Shown here: one piece after another, positions 41,370 through 52,372 of the stretch | Layout: each line of letters opens with the position of its first letter | Position numbering within the stretch: position 1 is the stretch's first letter | Virus record (IMG/VR): IMGVR_UViG_3300028786_000001 | Location: 1 to 61,492 of that record | DNA: 61,492 nucleotides | DNA from: a virus | Strand: one strand, 5' to 3' | Made by a program: the position numbers and the translations under genes | The notes under the pieces: generated by a model | Databases searched by the model: none | What the model was told of the DNA's origin: nothing | What the model saw: the letters and a program-made list of their open reading frames with translations, nothing else

Positions 41370-41935
41370 TGCAAAATCCTGTTTACATAGTAGATGTTAT
41401 TGGTGATATAGTACAGGCTATAACTCCTGACTTATTACCAATCATTCAAGCGAATGAAACAGCAGCATTAGGTAAGACGATGATTCAAACCATCGACTAT
41501 CAAAAAGGGCATTTTGAAGAGTTAATTACTACATTATCTAACTATGATAAGTCACCGCAATTGCGTAATATAAAATATCCGCTTGTATATCTTGTTCAGG
41601 ATTTTCCTGAAGATAGAGGTGTGGAAGTAGGATTTTACGCAACGGTAACGCTTAACATAGTGGTAGCACATCAGACGGATAGCACGTACACTATAGATGA
41701 CCGTATGAATAAAGTATTTAAGCCGGTGCTATATCCTATTTACTATGCACTTTTACAAGGCATGGCAGATAGTGATATGGTCAATGAAAGCAGTACGGAA
41801 AAAATACGGCATCGTAAATGGGACCGCGCATATTGGGGCCGACAATCGGTAGGAGGTACCGATAAAAATAAACTGAACGACTACGTAGATGCTATAGACA
41901 TAACGAATCTTTCGCTTACAATATTTAACTGTTAA
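41369..41935 (+). CDS. virion structural protein (head-tail region)
   Basis: Position; start overlaps the previous stop. Confidence 0.4.
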   Translation: MQNPVYIVDVIGDIVQAITPDLLPIIQANETAALGKTMIQTIDYQKGHFEELITTLSNYDKSPQLRNIKYPLVYLVQDFPEDRGVEVGFYATVTLNIVVAHQTDSTYTIDDRMNKVFKPVLYPIYYALLQGMADSDMVNESSTEKIRHRKWDRAYWGRQSVGGTDKNKLNDYVDAIDITNLSLTIFNC

Positions 41936-41948
41936 AAATTTTTTAATC

Positions 41949-42905
41949 ATGGCAGACGTACACAAAATAGATTGCGGCACCAACAGAAAAAACGTTGGTT
42001 TTGGCCGCGGATGTCCTATCGATTGGAAGCTGATCGCCGGTTGCTTCCTGTTCGACAGTCCTGTAAAATTCAATAGGGCGCAACTGGCCGATTTACAGAA
42101 TACCCTTCAGGGTTTGGCATGGCAGGACAGCAAAACCGGGCGCTGTTATCCTGTACATAATTTCCTTAATCCACAGGATAACACGGACGATCCAACGATT
42201 GAAACGTTTGCGGACGGCTCTAAAGCCTTCGTCCGGGATGGCGTTTATGACTGGACATTCCAGATTACCGCGGGCGGCTTCTGTCTGTTGGAGGCATTGA
42301 GAACGCACAATGGTAATGGCAACACATGGGTTCTTTTCTACGACAAGGAAAAGAAGATTCTTGGCTACAACGATAGCGGAGAGATCGCAGCCATTCCCAT
42401 GCAAGTATTCCAGGCGTTGCCGTGGAAGATGAATACCGGATCGAATACAGCCAAGTATTTGCTTCGCTTCATTTTCGATACCAATTACGCCAATGAAGAC
42501 AGCGAATATACGCAGGCTAATTTCCCGCTTACCAATGTTAAGGGTTTACAGGATATCAAGTTACAGGTGACAGGATTTAACCATGGCACCGGGCTTGTAG
42601 CCGTGACTGTAGAAACAGATTGCGGAGGGGCTAATCTGTTCGATGATTATAGCGTTGACTTGGTAAGTTCCAGCGGTGCGTTATGGCTGGCTCAAAATGG
42701 GGCAACCGGGAATCCAATAACTGTTACTTCTGTAACACCTGTTGCAGGTTCTAAGAGCTTTAATGTTCTGTTGAACACGGCAGACCCGGATTATCCTACC
42801 AACAATGCAATTTATATGCAGTTGGCCGCACCTTCTCTGCTGTCTGCTGCTGGTATCATCGGGTATGAATCCGAACAAGCCCAGCTTACAGTGATCGCTT
42901 CTTAA
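41949..42905 (+). CDS. major tail protein candidate
   Basis: Position upstream of the chaperone-like ORFs and the tape measure gene; followed by a strong hairpin terminator. Confidence 0.45.
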   Translation: MADVHKIDCGTNRKNVGFGRGCPIDWKLIAGCFLFDSPVKFNRAQLADLQNTLQGLAWQDSKTGRCYPVHNFLNPQDNTDDPTIETFADGSKAFVRDGVYDWTFQITAGGFCLLEALRTHNGNGNTWVLFYDKEKKILGYNDSGEIAAIPMQVFQALPWKMNTGSNTAKYLLRFIFDTNYANEDSEYTQANFPLTNVKGLQDIKLQVTGFNHGTGLVAVTVETDCGGANLFDDYSVDLVSSSGALWLAQNGATGNPITVTSVTPVAGSKSFNVLLNTADPDYPTNNAIYMQLAAPSLLSAAGIIGYESEQAQLTVIAS

Positions 42906-42914
42906 TTAGTAAAT

Positions 42915-42946
42915 AGCCATCCGATATAATAATCGGATGGCTTTAA
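42915..42946 (+). terminator. intrinsic terminator or attenuator after the tail gene
   Basis: 11-bp stem AGCCATCCGAT/ATCGGATGGCT, followed by TTTAAC. Confidence 0.55.
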
Positions 42947-42956
42947 CTCTAACGGT

Positions 42957-43094
42957 ATGGAACAGGTTAAAAAGATTTCCGTAGCTAATTCAATCAGAAA
43001 CGAAATCACACCGGAAACGGCTAAACGATTAGGAGACGGAAAAGTAGTTCCTATTCAACGTCCTAAACCAAAGTTCAAAAAAGTAAAAAAGTAA
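42957..43094 (+). CDS. small basic protein (45 aa)
   Basis: Own translation MEQVKKISVANSIRNEITPETAKRLGDGKVVPIQRPKPKFKKVKK. Confidence 0.35.
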   Translation: MEQVKKISVANSIRNEITPETAKRLGDGKVVPIQRPKPKFKKVKK

Positions 43095-43098
43095 TAGC

Positions 43099-43386
43099 AT
43101 GATGTACGAAGGAACTAGCTTTAATGAGAAAGTTGTTTTGTCTATGACAAAAAAACAATTTCAATTAGTAGGTGGTACAGGAAACAAACTTACGCAGGCT
43201 CAATTAGCTGAAGCATACGATTTGATCAGTAGTGCGAATACAGAAAAATCAAGTTATGCGAACGATACAAAACTTTCTTCAGGCAGTGGAGAAACAAAAC
43301 TTAGAGTTTCTAATGGTGACAAGTCTGTCGGAGACAAGGGCGGAGTACCTCCTGGAACAGAAGGATCAGATGTACAGCGGTATTGA
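43099..43386 (+). CDS. hypothetical protein (95 aa)
   Basis: ORF track. Confidence 0.5.
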   Translation: MMYEGTSFNEKVVLSMTKKQFQLVGGTGNKLTQAQLAEAYDLISSANTEKSSYANDTKLSSGSGETKLRVSNGDKSVGDKGGVPPGTEGSDVQRY

Positions 43387-43699
43387 TTCGAAAGGTCAGC
43401 ATTTACATTCTTACGCATGGGCTTCTTATGCCAGGAAGAAAAATCAAATGAACTCGATTCCTGGTTATGGAAATCCGGATTTGAGACTTTCCGGATCGTT
43501 CTATGAAAGGATGACCGCTAGCGCATCGAAGGAAGGTATAACTGTTTATTCCACTGATGAAAAAGCTGCTTCGTTAGAAGGTAAATATGGTAAACAAATA
43601 TGGACGTTGTATACTGAATGGTTGCAGTCTTATATTGAAAAATTACGACCCGCATTTACAGACAATGTAGCAGCTTCTTTATCTGAATCGCCTTTTTAA
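43370..43699 (+). CDS. hypothetical protein (109 aa)
   Basis: ORF track trimmed to the ATG at 43370 (MYSGIDSKGQ), a 17-nt overlap with the previous gene. Confidence 0.45.
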   Translation: MYSGIDSKGQHLHSYAWASYARKKNQMNSIPGYGNPDLRLSGSFYERMTASASKEGITVYSTDEKAASLEGKYGKQIWTLYTEWLQSYIEKLRPAFTDNVAASLSESPF

Positions 43700-43700
43700 A

Positions 43701-43916
43701 ATGGGACCATGTACTACCTGCGGAGACTCCGGATTGCAACGGAACAAAGATCGAACTTCAGTTAGACAACAAGCACAAAAGCAAGCACTTGAAAAAGGGA
43801 AACCGTTTTGCATATGCGAAGAAGCCGGGCAATTCTTTCCGGCAGAATTTGGGACAGCAGTTGAAAACAAATTCAACATTGTCGAAGTTGTATCAGGACT
43901 GCCGGGTGCCGCTTGA
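43701..43916 (+). CDS. hypothetical Cys-rich protein (71 aa)
   Basis: ORF track; CTTCG...CIC. Confidence 0.4.
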   Translation: MGPCTTCGDSGLQRNKDRTSVRQQAQKQALEKGKPFCICEEAGQFFPAEFGTAVENKFNIVEVVSGLPGAA

Positions 43917-44484
43917 TATATTTTTAGAGTGTTGTTTCGATAAAGATTATGATCGGTTAGTAATTACCGGTGAGGCAACAGAAGATGAAAAATTACAAGC
44001 CTGGGAAAAGATATATGTGGAGTATGCTAATTTACTCACTGAAGGGGATGGTAATGATTTATATAATAAGACGATAGAGATAAATTATTTATCAACAAAA
44101 TTATTTATCGTCAATAAAATTGTAAAGCACTTATCCATTTCTTTCAATACTGAACTACTGGATATCTTAAAATACTATGGTGTTGATAATAGGATATCTG
44201 AAAACGATAGTAACGATCAGCGGTGTAAAAAGTTAGAGATAGTAATTAAATTATGCAAGCGGTGGAATACAGAATTAGATTTACTGCATAAAGAATTTGA
44301 AGCACTACAAGCTGAACACTCTGATAAAAAAGGCGGACGTGAAACTTTCGAAGACTCTTTAACTAATATATCGGTTTACAGGAAGTACAGTGTGATAGAT
44401 AGAGACATAACTGTTAGACAGTTTTTAAAATCTATCAAAGCGATGGAACAACAAGCGATAAAATTAGCTACTAAAAATACGTAA
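43789..44484 (+). CDS. tail assembly chaperone candidate (start uncertain)
   Basis: Lies immediately upstream of the tape measure gene. The track start is TTG; an in-frame GTG at 43903 would give only a 14-nt overlap with the previous ORF. Confidence 0.4.
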   Translation: MKKGNRFAYAKKPGNSFRQNLGQQLKTNSTLSKLYQDCRVPLDIFLECCFDKDYDRLVITGEATEDEKLQAWEKIYVEYANLLTEGDGNDLYNKTIEINYLSTKLFIVNKIVKHLSISFNTELLDILKYYGVDNRISENDSNDQRCKKLEIVIKLCKRWNTELDLLHKEFEALQAEHSDKKGGRETFEDSLTNISVYRKYSVIDRDITVRQFLKSIKAMEQQAIKLATKNT

Positions 44485-44486
44485 CA

Positions 44487-47400
44487 ATGCCAGGAGTAGA
44501 AAGGATAGATAGTGTATATAACATCGCTGCGATCACCGGCGAACATGATCAATTGCAGAAGATACTTCAGCAAGATGCTACTGCCTTGGTTAGGCTGTAT
44601 GAAAATTTAGAACAGTTCCAAGGTAAGTCAAACGTAGCCACTGTAGCTAAGAATTGGCAAAATGTTACATCAGCTATGACAGGAGCCGCTACCGCATCAG
44701 ATGCACTCATACAAATACAAAAACAACTTAACGATCAAATACAAAAAAGTGCCGATCTTGAAAAACAATTAGCTGATGCAATTAACAAGGGGACTACGAC
44801 ACGTAAGAAAAATTCCGATCTTACTAAGGAAGAGATTCAACAGAAATATGAAGATACGAAAGCTACTAAGGATCGCACAAAAGAAGCCATCAGCGAACTA
44901 GATGCTTATAAGAAATTAGAATTTCAACGGGATCAGGCAGCAGCTAAAGCAAAAACTTTACAAGCTACTGCCTTGCAAACCGGTAATCCACAAGATGTAG
45001 AAGCAGCGAATAAGGCAAGTGCTGAAGCCAATTCTATGACTAATGCGCTTAAACGTATTGATCAAACAGTCGGAGAGTCCCGCCGTAAAGTGGGTGATTA
45101 TACGGGAGCTTTACGTATCCTTGAAGAAGAGTTAGCGCAAGTTAATTTACAGATGGAGAATATTCGGAAGTCTGGCAATGATGCCGGTGGTGTATTACCT
45201 AAACTCGCTCAACAGTCCGAAGCCTTATCTGTAGTTATCGGACAACAGGGCAAAGGATTTTCATCTACCAGTGCGCAAATACGGTCTAGTGTTAAAGCCT
45301 TGGATACATTACGTGCAGCCGGGTTAGGAGCGTCACAAGGTTTTAAAACTTTAGAAGAGTCTACGGCGGATGCCAGACGCGAACAGAAAGATTTCCTTGA
45401 AGCTCAAAAATTATTAGCCGACAATTTACCTATAATAAAATCGATCACTATAGCTGCCAAGGCCTTAGCCGGTGCATATGCATTGGGGCAAGGTGCAGCC
45501 GCCATATTTGCAGATGGAAATGAGAAAGTGGAGAAGGAACTTAATAAATTAGTTGCGATCATGACCATTCTGCAAGGCTTGCAGGAAATTCATGAACTAT
45601 TGGAAAAAAGTAATGCAATAGCTACTATTTTTCGTTCTGCTGCAACAAAAGCTGGTGTAGCCATTACGGGCGTAGATACCGCTGCTACTTTGGAAAACGC
45701 CACTGTGAAGTACCAACAAGCTCAGGCTACACTAGCTGCTGCTGAAGGTGAAGCTGCACAAACGGTAGCCATGGAAGCCCTAACAGTGGCCGAGATCGAA
45801 TTAACAGCAGCTACAGAAGCGTCTACAGGAGCTATTAGCGGTCTTATCACTGTTATAGGAGCTACCGGCCTGGGATTAGTGATCGTCGCCGTAGGAGCCG
45901 CGATCGTCTTTCTGGTGATGAAAATGAAAGAATGGACGGCAGAAACGGAATTGAGTATAAAGCAGCAGAAGGAATTAAATGATGCCTTGTCCGAACAGAT
46001 TTCCAACTACCAAAAAATTGCTGATCTACAAGATAAAGCAGGTAAAAGAGGACTTGCCGATCTTCAGCATCAATTGGAACTTGAAGAGAAGAGCGGTCAA
46101 AATCAATATGCCATATTCGCTATTAAAGAAAAGATAGCTGCAAAAAATGCAGAGATAGCGGATAACAAATATACATTAGCGTTATCAAAAGCAGAAGATA
46201 CATACGTTAAAGAAGGTCTTATCGGTGTTGATGCTTTACATCGTGCACAAAACGATTATTTCGAGAATTTAACGGATAAATCATATAAGGTAAGTGTGGT
46301 TCAAAAAGAATTGAACAATGCGCTTGCTATGTCGGATAAGCAGCGCAAACAAAAAGACATAAAGGTCGATGATATTAAAGAACGATTAGAAGCAGCGAAA
46401 GCAGAAGAAAAAATAGCAAGTGATACGTATGATTACTATACTAAAGCGGAAGAAGATAAAACCAATACCACGAATGAACAGGAAAACATTCGTACGGAAA
46501 AAGCTAAATTCGCCGCTGATGAAAGACGTAAGTATATCCTTGAATCAACTAAGTTAGAAGCTGCTGGTATAACTGATTCAAATGAACGCGTCTTATCTGA
46601 TTTCCGATCTTCTTTAACTGCACGCCTGGAAGCTGTTAAATCGAACGCTCAACAAGAAAGGCGTGTAGCTGTAGCTGATTACAACGATGTAAAAAATGAT
46701 CCTGGCTCTACTGATACGCAACGATTAGAAGCCTTTGAAAAATTACAATCTGAATTAACTAAAATAACAAAAGACGCATCTGATAAAAGACGGGATATCG
46801 TATATTCTTATTATGTCAGAGATCGTGACGCGCAAGTTGAAATATTTAAATTAGAGCAGCAGGATCAACAAGCCAGGGCGCAAAAGATATTAGACGATGA
46901 AAAGTCAACAGGTGATCAGCGAATAACTGCACGACTTGCCTTTTATGATACACAACGTAGAATACTAGGCGCTGAATTTTTAAAAGAACTTGATCAGGAA
47001 GGTATGACAGAAGAAGAGCGATTGAAGATAATCGCTAAATATAATTCTGACATACTTAACTTAAATATCGATCATGAAAGGAATTTAGAAGAGGAACAGA
47101 AAATAGCGAAGCAGCGGCAGCTTGATCAATTGGATAAATTCTATCAAAAACAGAGGGATAAAACCATAGTCTCTCAAACTCAGCAAGGTGCTGGATTGAA
47201 TGATCAATTATTATCCGGTCAAATCGGTCCCGGCGAATTTGAACGTAAACGTAAAGAACAGCAATATAACGATCAGAAAGAATTAGCACAACAACAAGTT
47301 GCGCAACAATTTGCCTTAACTCAATTATACAAGGAAGGGACGCAAGAACGGGCGGATGCTGAAGCTGCTTTAGCCAAAGCGCAAATGGATTTAAGTAACT

Positions 47401-48242
47401 TAGTTACAGATCATGAGTTAGAGAACATTAAAAAAGTAAAAGAGCTTCGAGAAGAAGCAGCACAAGAATCCGCGCATGCTGTTGTTTCGTTGATCGATGC
47501 ATCTTTTGAGCGTGAATTAAATAATGTTCAAAAGTTAATCGATCAAAATAACAAGTATAAGGAACAACAAACGAATCGAATTGCTGAATCGACATTAGGA
47601 GAACAAGAAAAAGCGAATGCTTTAAATGTAATTAACCGGCAGACTGAAGCAAATAACGAAGCGCTACAACGCAGGCAGCGCGATATAAAAGTGCGTCAAG
47701 CTAAATTCGATAGGGATGTAGCTGTAGCTGAAACTATTGAACAAGGTGCTATTGCTGCTATTGCTGCTTTAAAAATACCGATCTATGGACAAGCCGAAGC
47801 TATAGCTATCGGCATCATAACAGCGGCCAAGGTGACGGAAATATTAGCTCGACCATTACCTACCTACGGTTTCGGTACTGAGGACCACGTAGGAGGTCCA
47901 GCATGGGTAGGCGATCGATTTCAGCGGGAATACATACAAGAACCTGGAAAGCCCGGATATTGGTCCCCTGGCGTTCCTACTATACTTGATCTGCCTGCCC
48001 ACACTCAGGTTATACCACCTTCAGAGATCGAAAGAATGAGATCGGAAAATATGTTTATTAATGATCGCGGTGTGCTGATCGTTAATGATAAAAAAGAAAA
48101 TACAGGTAAAGTGATAGCGGAAGCTATAGGATATCAGACAGAACGTTTGGAAAAAGCATTTAAGCAACAACGTAAAAACACTTCCATACATATCGATATA
48201 AATACGAAATGGGGTGAGTATCTTCAAAAAAGTTTACATTAA
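44487..48242 (+). CDS. tape measure protein (1251 aa)
   Basis: Long Ala/Gln/Glu/Lys-rich coiled coils, central hydrophobic segment GLITVIGATGLGLVIVAVGAAIVFLVM, plus size and position. Confidence 0.8.
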   Translation: MPGVERIDSVYNIAAITGEHDQLQKILQQDATALVRLYENLEQFQGKSNVATVAKNWQNVTSAMTGAATASDALIQIQKQLNDQIQKSADLEKQLADAINKGTTTRKKNSDLTKEEIQQKYEDTKATKDRTKEAISELDAYKKLEFQRDQAAAKAKTLQATALQTGNPQDVEAANKASAEANSMTNALKRIDQTVGESRRKVGDYTGALRILEEELAQVNLQMENIRKSGNDAGGVLPKLAQQSEALSVVIGQQGKGFSSTSAQIRSSVKALDTLRAAGLGASQGFKTLEESTADARREQKDFLEAQKLLADNLPIIKSITIAAKALAGAYALGQGAAAIFADGNEKVEKELNKLVAIMTILQGLQEIHELLEKSNAIATIFRSAATKAGVAITGVDTAATLENATVKYQQAQATLAAAEGEAAQTVAMEALTVAEIELTAATEASTGAISGLITVIGATGLGLVIVAVGAAIVFLVMKMKEWTAETELSIKQQKELNDALSEQISNYQKIADLQDKAGKRGLADLQHQLELEEKSGQNQYAIFAIKEKIAAKNAEIADNKYTLALSKAEDTYVKEGLIGVDALHRAQNDYFENLTDKSYKVSVVQKELNNALAMSDKQRKQKDIKVDDIKERLEAAKAEEKIASDTYDYYTKAEEDKTNTTNEQENIRTEKAKFAADERRKYILESTKLEAAGITDSNERVLSDFRSSLTARLEAVKSNAQQERRVAVADYNDVKNDPGSTDTQRLEAFEKLQSELTKITKDASDKRRDIVYSYYVRDRDAQVEIFKLEQQDQQARAQKILDDEKSTGDQRITARLAFYDTQRRILGAEFLKELDQEGMTEEERLKIIAKYNSDILNLNIDHERNLEEEQKIAKQRQLDQLDKFYQKQRDKTIVSQTQQGAGLNDQLLSGQIGPGEFERKRKEQQYNDQKELAQQQVAQQFALTQLYKEGTQERADAEAALAKAQMDLSNLVTDHELENIKKVKELREEAAQESAHAVVSLIDASFERELNNVQKLIDQNNKYKEQQTNRIAESTLGEQEKANALNVINRQTEANNEALQRRQRDIKVRQAKFDRDVAVAETIEQGAIAAIAALKIPIYGQAEAIAIGIITAAKVTEILARPLPTYGFGTEDHVGGPAWVGDRFQREYIQEPGKPGYWSPGVPTILDLPAHTQVIPPSEIERMRSENMFINDRGVLIVNDKKENTGKVIAEAIGYQTERLEKAFKQQRKNTSIHIDINTKWGEYLQKSLH

Positions 48243-51200
48243 TGGGAGTTTCTAGTCAATATTGGAAATATTTTTTAACGGAAACTTCGTCCGGTCTCTG
48301 CTATTATATCGATAGTATGGGCAATCTTCAAAAAGGTAATATAGTCTTAGATGGCAAAGACTATTCATTGCCTGAAGACCCGGATGGCTGGGAAGACATA
48401 CAGTTATCCTATGCCAGGAATTCCACGTATTGGGGTATTAACCGATCCTTCTCTATACCGTTAAAATTTATAGGTGATGGGGCACGTATTGTTCGTAAGC
48501 TCTTTTACTTAGGCCGCGGTACTGAACAACCGGTAACGCTGGTGGTATGTAAATGGGATGAATCAAACGGTGCGTTCATGCCTTACTATTCCGGTCAACT
48601 TGATCTAACGCAGAATGTTAATGAAGTAACTGAAGGGGTAACAGTGAATGTAATGGAAGGTGGTATAATTCAGTTATTGAAATCCTATGAGAATACTACC
48701 ATCGAACTACCTTGCGATGGTTCTATACCAGAGAATATAAAAATATTAGCCGATGGCATTAAATTCAATGATGTATTCCATTATCAAATACTAAAGTTGG
48801 CATCACCTTATGCAGGCGATCAACCTTTACCGTTAGTGTATGTATCAAATGATGGAGATAATATAGGGGTGATAAAAGGTGATCAGAATTTAGAACAGCC
48901 ATATGCGGGGTATTACCAGAAGTCGGCTAATTTTATTTTTAGTTCGACTCAATCGGCTACCACTGTTCGTATACAAGGATCGATATCTATTAAATCAGAC
49001 CCTTCACAGCATAACACTATATTCTATATGTATGCTGTTACTTCTTTAGCTCAACCTCGCGGAGTTGGTGGTACGGATCATGCAGTTGGATTGGTTACTG
49101 GACAGAATCCGCAACCTACAGACCCTACGCCTTTCTTTCTGCCGTCTAAAAGTCAGATCGTAATTGACGGACAACGTACGTTTGATTTCGATCAAACCAT
49201 ATCTTTACAGCCAAATGAAAATCTTTTCATATTCTTCTTCAATAATTTTTCCGGAAGTCCTATACAAATATTGGGCGGATCGTTAAGTGTTGCTTTCTCT
49301 TCTAAGTTAAGACCTTCGCGTGTGTGGGGGATTACAGCACCCAATGTATGGAAGCTCATAGGACAACGTTTGAATGCTTTAGCCTCCACAACTGATCAAC
49401 CTTTTAACTATGCTTTCACCAGTGACCTATTACAGGAAGTAGAACGGTTTGTGTTGACTTCAGGGGATGCGATACGCGCATCTACTGATCCTAATTATTT
49501 TCAATATTATAATCAGGCTACCGTCAATCCAAGCAATCCGAATAATACGGACTATAATCAATTTACAACGCAAGGACCGGTACTTAAAATAAAATTATCT
49601 GACTTCTTTGCCTGGATAAATGCGGTTAAATGCGCTTCTTTGGGCAATCAACCGGATAGTAATGGTAAGGATTCTATCTTTATAGAAAGCCGTTTCTATG
49701 TACTCGATCCTTCTAACGTGACGATGACGCTTCCGCAAGTGTCGAATTTTAAAATATCACCAGATACGGATCATCTTTTTAATTGGCTGGAAGTAGGATA
49801 CCAAGCTAACGATTATGATGAAACTAGCGGTAAGTTTGAATATAATAATACCTCTCGGTTTCAGCCGAATGTTAAAGCCTTGGCTAAGACATTAGGTATT
49901 ATATCACCTATAAGAGCCGATAGCTATGGTTTTGAATTGAAGAGATACAATACGCAAGGCGGAAAATCGTCAACCTTTAACCAGGGTGATAGTGATAAGT
50001 GGGCGCTTAACATAGACTTCACTTCTTTCGTGTATGATTTTTATAAAGCATCATTCACTTCTAACATACAGAATACGGCAAGCGCTACTAACACAAATCT
50101 GTTATTAATAAAAGGAATGAACTACCAAAGCGTAGTATGTGGCACGTTAGATGGCGAATATTTTATTAATGGTCTTGACTTTTCAATATTCATGTTTAAT
50201 CAGCCTGCACCAGGAGTTAAATCTATAGCAGTTTCATTCACTGCTTTACTCAATGGATTAGCAGGGGATTCCGCATTGATAACGATGTACATAAATGGAG
50301 TGGCTATTAGCCAATGGTTCGGAATTGTTACGACAACTAACACAATATTTAATGGCGTTTATTCAAATACGTTATTTTTCAATAAAGGCGATAATATTTA
50401 TTTCACTGTTGATACGTTTAGAACTTGTACAGTGCAGATAAATTCCATGTCACTGAATATTGGAGCCGGGTATTTTATTTGTCAATTGGCTGGACCTCTT
50501 ACAATACAAGCTAGTATAACGCAACAATTAATATCGCTACCTATAATAACCGCTAATACAGTTGTTGTAGATGGCAACACCATACAGGTAGTATCTTACG
50601 GCTTTCAATATTTTCGTTTCTTATCCAATGTGCAGGATAAGAATTTTAATTGGTCCTTAGCTATATCGGCTTTTATTCAAGGTGGAACAAGTGAAACAGT
50701 AACTTTCGATTTATGGAAAAACGGTGTAAACATAGGTCACATCGTATATAACGGAACGACAGCACAAACTACAATTAATGCAGTACATAATCCGCAATTC
50801 AGTGGAGCAGTTGGCCTAGTCAATTACGATACTTATTGGATAACGGCATCCTGTACAAACGTAAGCTGCTGGATTTATTCTATAGACTTTTTATTTCAAT
50901 CAGGTACGATTAAGGCTTATCCTTTCCTTCGTAAAGTTTATGACGTTATATCTGGTATACCTAACCCGGAAACAGGTTTTAATATAGAAGATTTCACGCC
51001 TATGCGCATGTTAATGGCAAATGGAAGGGCCTTAAGGTCTATGCTATTCATGATAGGTAATGGGTCTTTATCTTTCCAAACAGCAGATAAAAATCAATTC
51101 TTAAGTAATACATTGAACGGTGTGTCAATAACAGAGAACGCTTCTATAGACTATCACCAGTTAGGCAATCCGAAATGGCTTCCATTAGTATTTGAATTCG

Positions 51201-52363
51201 ATACGCAAGTTCCGTATACGGCTAAACAAATATTCGACGCTTCTGCTAACGGTTACATTTCATTTTTATGGAAAGGAAAAACGTATTATGGTTATCCACT
51301 AAACGTTACCGTTAAGCCTGCATTAAATGATTCTCAATCGTGGAAACTATTAGCCGCTGAAACAAATTTAATTCCTGATCTTGTAGAATTAGATTGGGAT
51401 GGCATATTAACACTACAGCTTATGGATAGTATGATACCTTATATAAATCCTGTTCACTTTGTTCCTTTGAATTATATAAAGGCATCTAAGTATAATAGTT
51501 ATACGATGGATGAAGATTGGTTAGTGAATAGGATAAAAGACTATTGCGATAAAAATAATTACTTCGCACCCTGGCAATTAAACGATACTATACCATTTCA
51601 ATGCCAAACATCCGGATTATCGCCGGCTACGGTTACAGTCCTTAATTGCAAAGGACAGCCTATAGGCATTTCATTCGATTTAACACAAATCGTTACTGAT
51701 TCTGTTATATCACCGCAATCCGTATTTCAAGGTGAATTTTTAGCAAGTCTTTTACCAGATGAAGGTAAATATTATTTCTTATGGACAATGGGCGTAGGTG
51801 CTGGTACGGCACAATGGATTTCAGAAGGGATATGGGTTAAAAAATTATGGCCTAAATCCCAGTTATACGATTATTCAAACAGCAGAAATAAACTAGCAAC
51901 TATATTTAATAGTGCTACTCCTTTCCATCCTTGCATACGCGTTCTTTCACAGATAAATAAATATGTACCTAAGTCCGCATTCAAAACATACAATAATGAG
52001 CCGCAAGATAGCATACTGTTGAATGCCATCCCATACGATACATGGTCTTTAGATGTAGGATTTGGGTCAGGTATTCCGGATTATCTTATCAGGAAAATAG
52101 CAAGAATATTCGATCTTGATACTGTTTTCATAGACGGAAATCAGTATACGCGTGATGCAGATAGTGAACCGGATATAAAATACATAGATGGCCAAGCGAA
52201 AGGATATTTTAAAATGCAAATCCGTAAAGCTAAGAACACAGACGGCATCACTCTAAATACGGCAGGCCAATTAGAAGGACCGCAACAAGCTGGGTACGTT
52301 ATTGACGCTGCTGCGTTTGGTACAACTAATGGTCAAAATCTTATACAAGTAACAGGGGATTAA
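48242..52363 (+). CDS. large distal-tail/baseplate protein (1373 aa)
   Basis: ATGA-type overlap with the tape measure stop; size and position only. Confidence 0.45.
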   Translation: MGVSSQYWKYFLTETSSGLCYYIDSMGNLQKGNIVLDGKDYSLPEDPDGWEDIQLSYARNSTYWGINRSFSIPLKFIGDGARIVRKLFYLGRGTEQPVTLVVCKWDESNGAFMPYYSGQLDLTQNVNEVTEGVTVNVMEGGIIQLLKSYENTTIELPCDGSIPENIKILADGIKFNDVFHYQILKLASPYAGDQPLPLVYVSNDGDNIGVIKGDQNLEQPYAGYYQKSANFIFSSTQSATTVRIQGSISIKSDPSQHNTIFYMYAVTSLAQPRGVGGTDHAVGLVTGQNPQPTDPTPFFLPSKSQIVIDGQRTFDFDQTISLQPNENLFIFFFNNFSGSPIQILGGSLSVAFSSKLRPSRVWGITAPNVWKLIGQRLNALASTTDQPFNYAFTSDLLQEVERFVLTSGDAIRASTDPNYFQYYNQATVNPSNPNNTDYNQFTTQGPVLKIKLSDFFAWINAVKCASLGNQPDSNGKDSIFIESRFYVLDPSNVTMTLPQVSNFKISPDTDHLFNWLEVGYQANDYDETSGKFEYNNTSRFQPNVKALAKTLGIISPIRADSYGFELKRYNTQGGKSSTFNQGDSDKWALNIDFTSFVYDFYKASFTSNIQNTASATNTNLLLIKGMNYQSVVCGTLDGEYFINGLDFSIFMFNQPAPGVKSIAVSFTALLNGLAGDSALITMYINGVAISQWFGIVTTTNTIFNGVYSNTLFFNKGDNIYFTVDTFRTCTVQINSMSLNIGAGYFICQLAGPLTIQASITQQLISLPIITANTVVVDGNTIQVVSYGFQYFRFLSNVQDKNFNWSLAISAFIQGGTSETVTFDLWKNGVNIGHIVYNGTTAQTTINAVHNPQFSGAVGLVNYDTYWITASCTNVSCWIYSIDFLFQSGTIKAYPFLRKVYDVISGIPNPETGFNIEDFTPMRMLMANGRALRSMLFMIGNGSLSFQTADKNQFLSNTLNGVSITENASIDYHQLGNPKWLPLVFEFDTQVPYTAKQIFDASANGYISFLWKGKTYYGYPLNVTVKPALNDSQSWKLLAAETNLIPDLVELDWDGILTLQLMDSMIPYINPVHFVPLNYIKASKYNSYTMDEDWLVNRIKDYCDKNNYFAPWQLNDTIPFQCQTSGLSPATVTVLNCKGQPIGISFDLTQIVTDSVISPQSVFQGEFLASLLPDEGKYYFLWTMGVGAGTAQWISEGIWVKKLWPKSQLYDYSNSRNKLATIFNSATPFHPCIRVLSQINKYVPKSAFKTYNNEPQDSILLNAIPYDTWSLDVGFGSGIPDYLIRKIARIFDLDTVFIDGNQYTRDADSEPDIKYIDGQAKGYFKMQIRKAKNTDGITLNTAGQLEGPQQAGYVIDAAAFGTTNGQNLIQVTGD

Positions 52364-52372
52364 AATATAGTT

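Noticed and set aside
43701-44484. Programmed ribosomal frameshift joining 43701..43916 to 43789..44484 (tail chaperone G/GT style)
   Set aside because: The downstream frame is +1, not -1, relative to the upstream ORF, and no X-XXY-YYZ slippery heptamer lies in the overlap. An in-frame GTG at 43903 gives a simple 14-nt overlap instead. A +1 or -2 event cannot be fully excluded.
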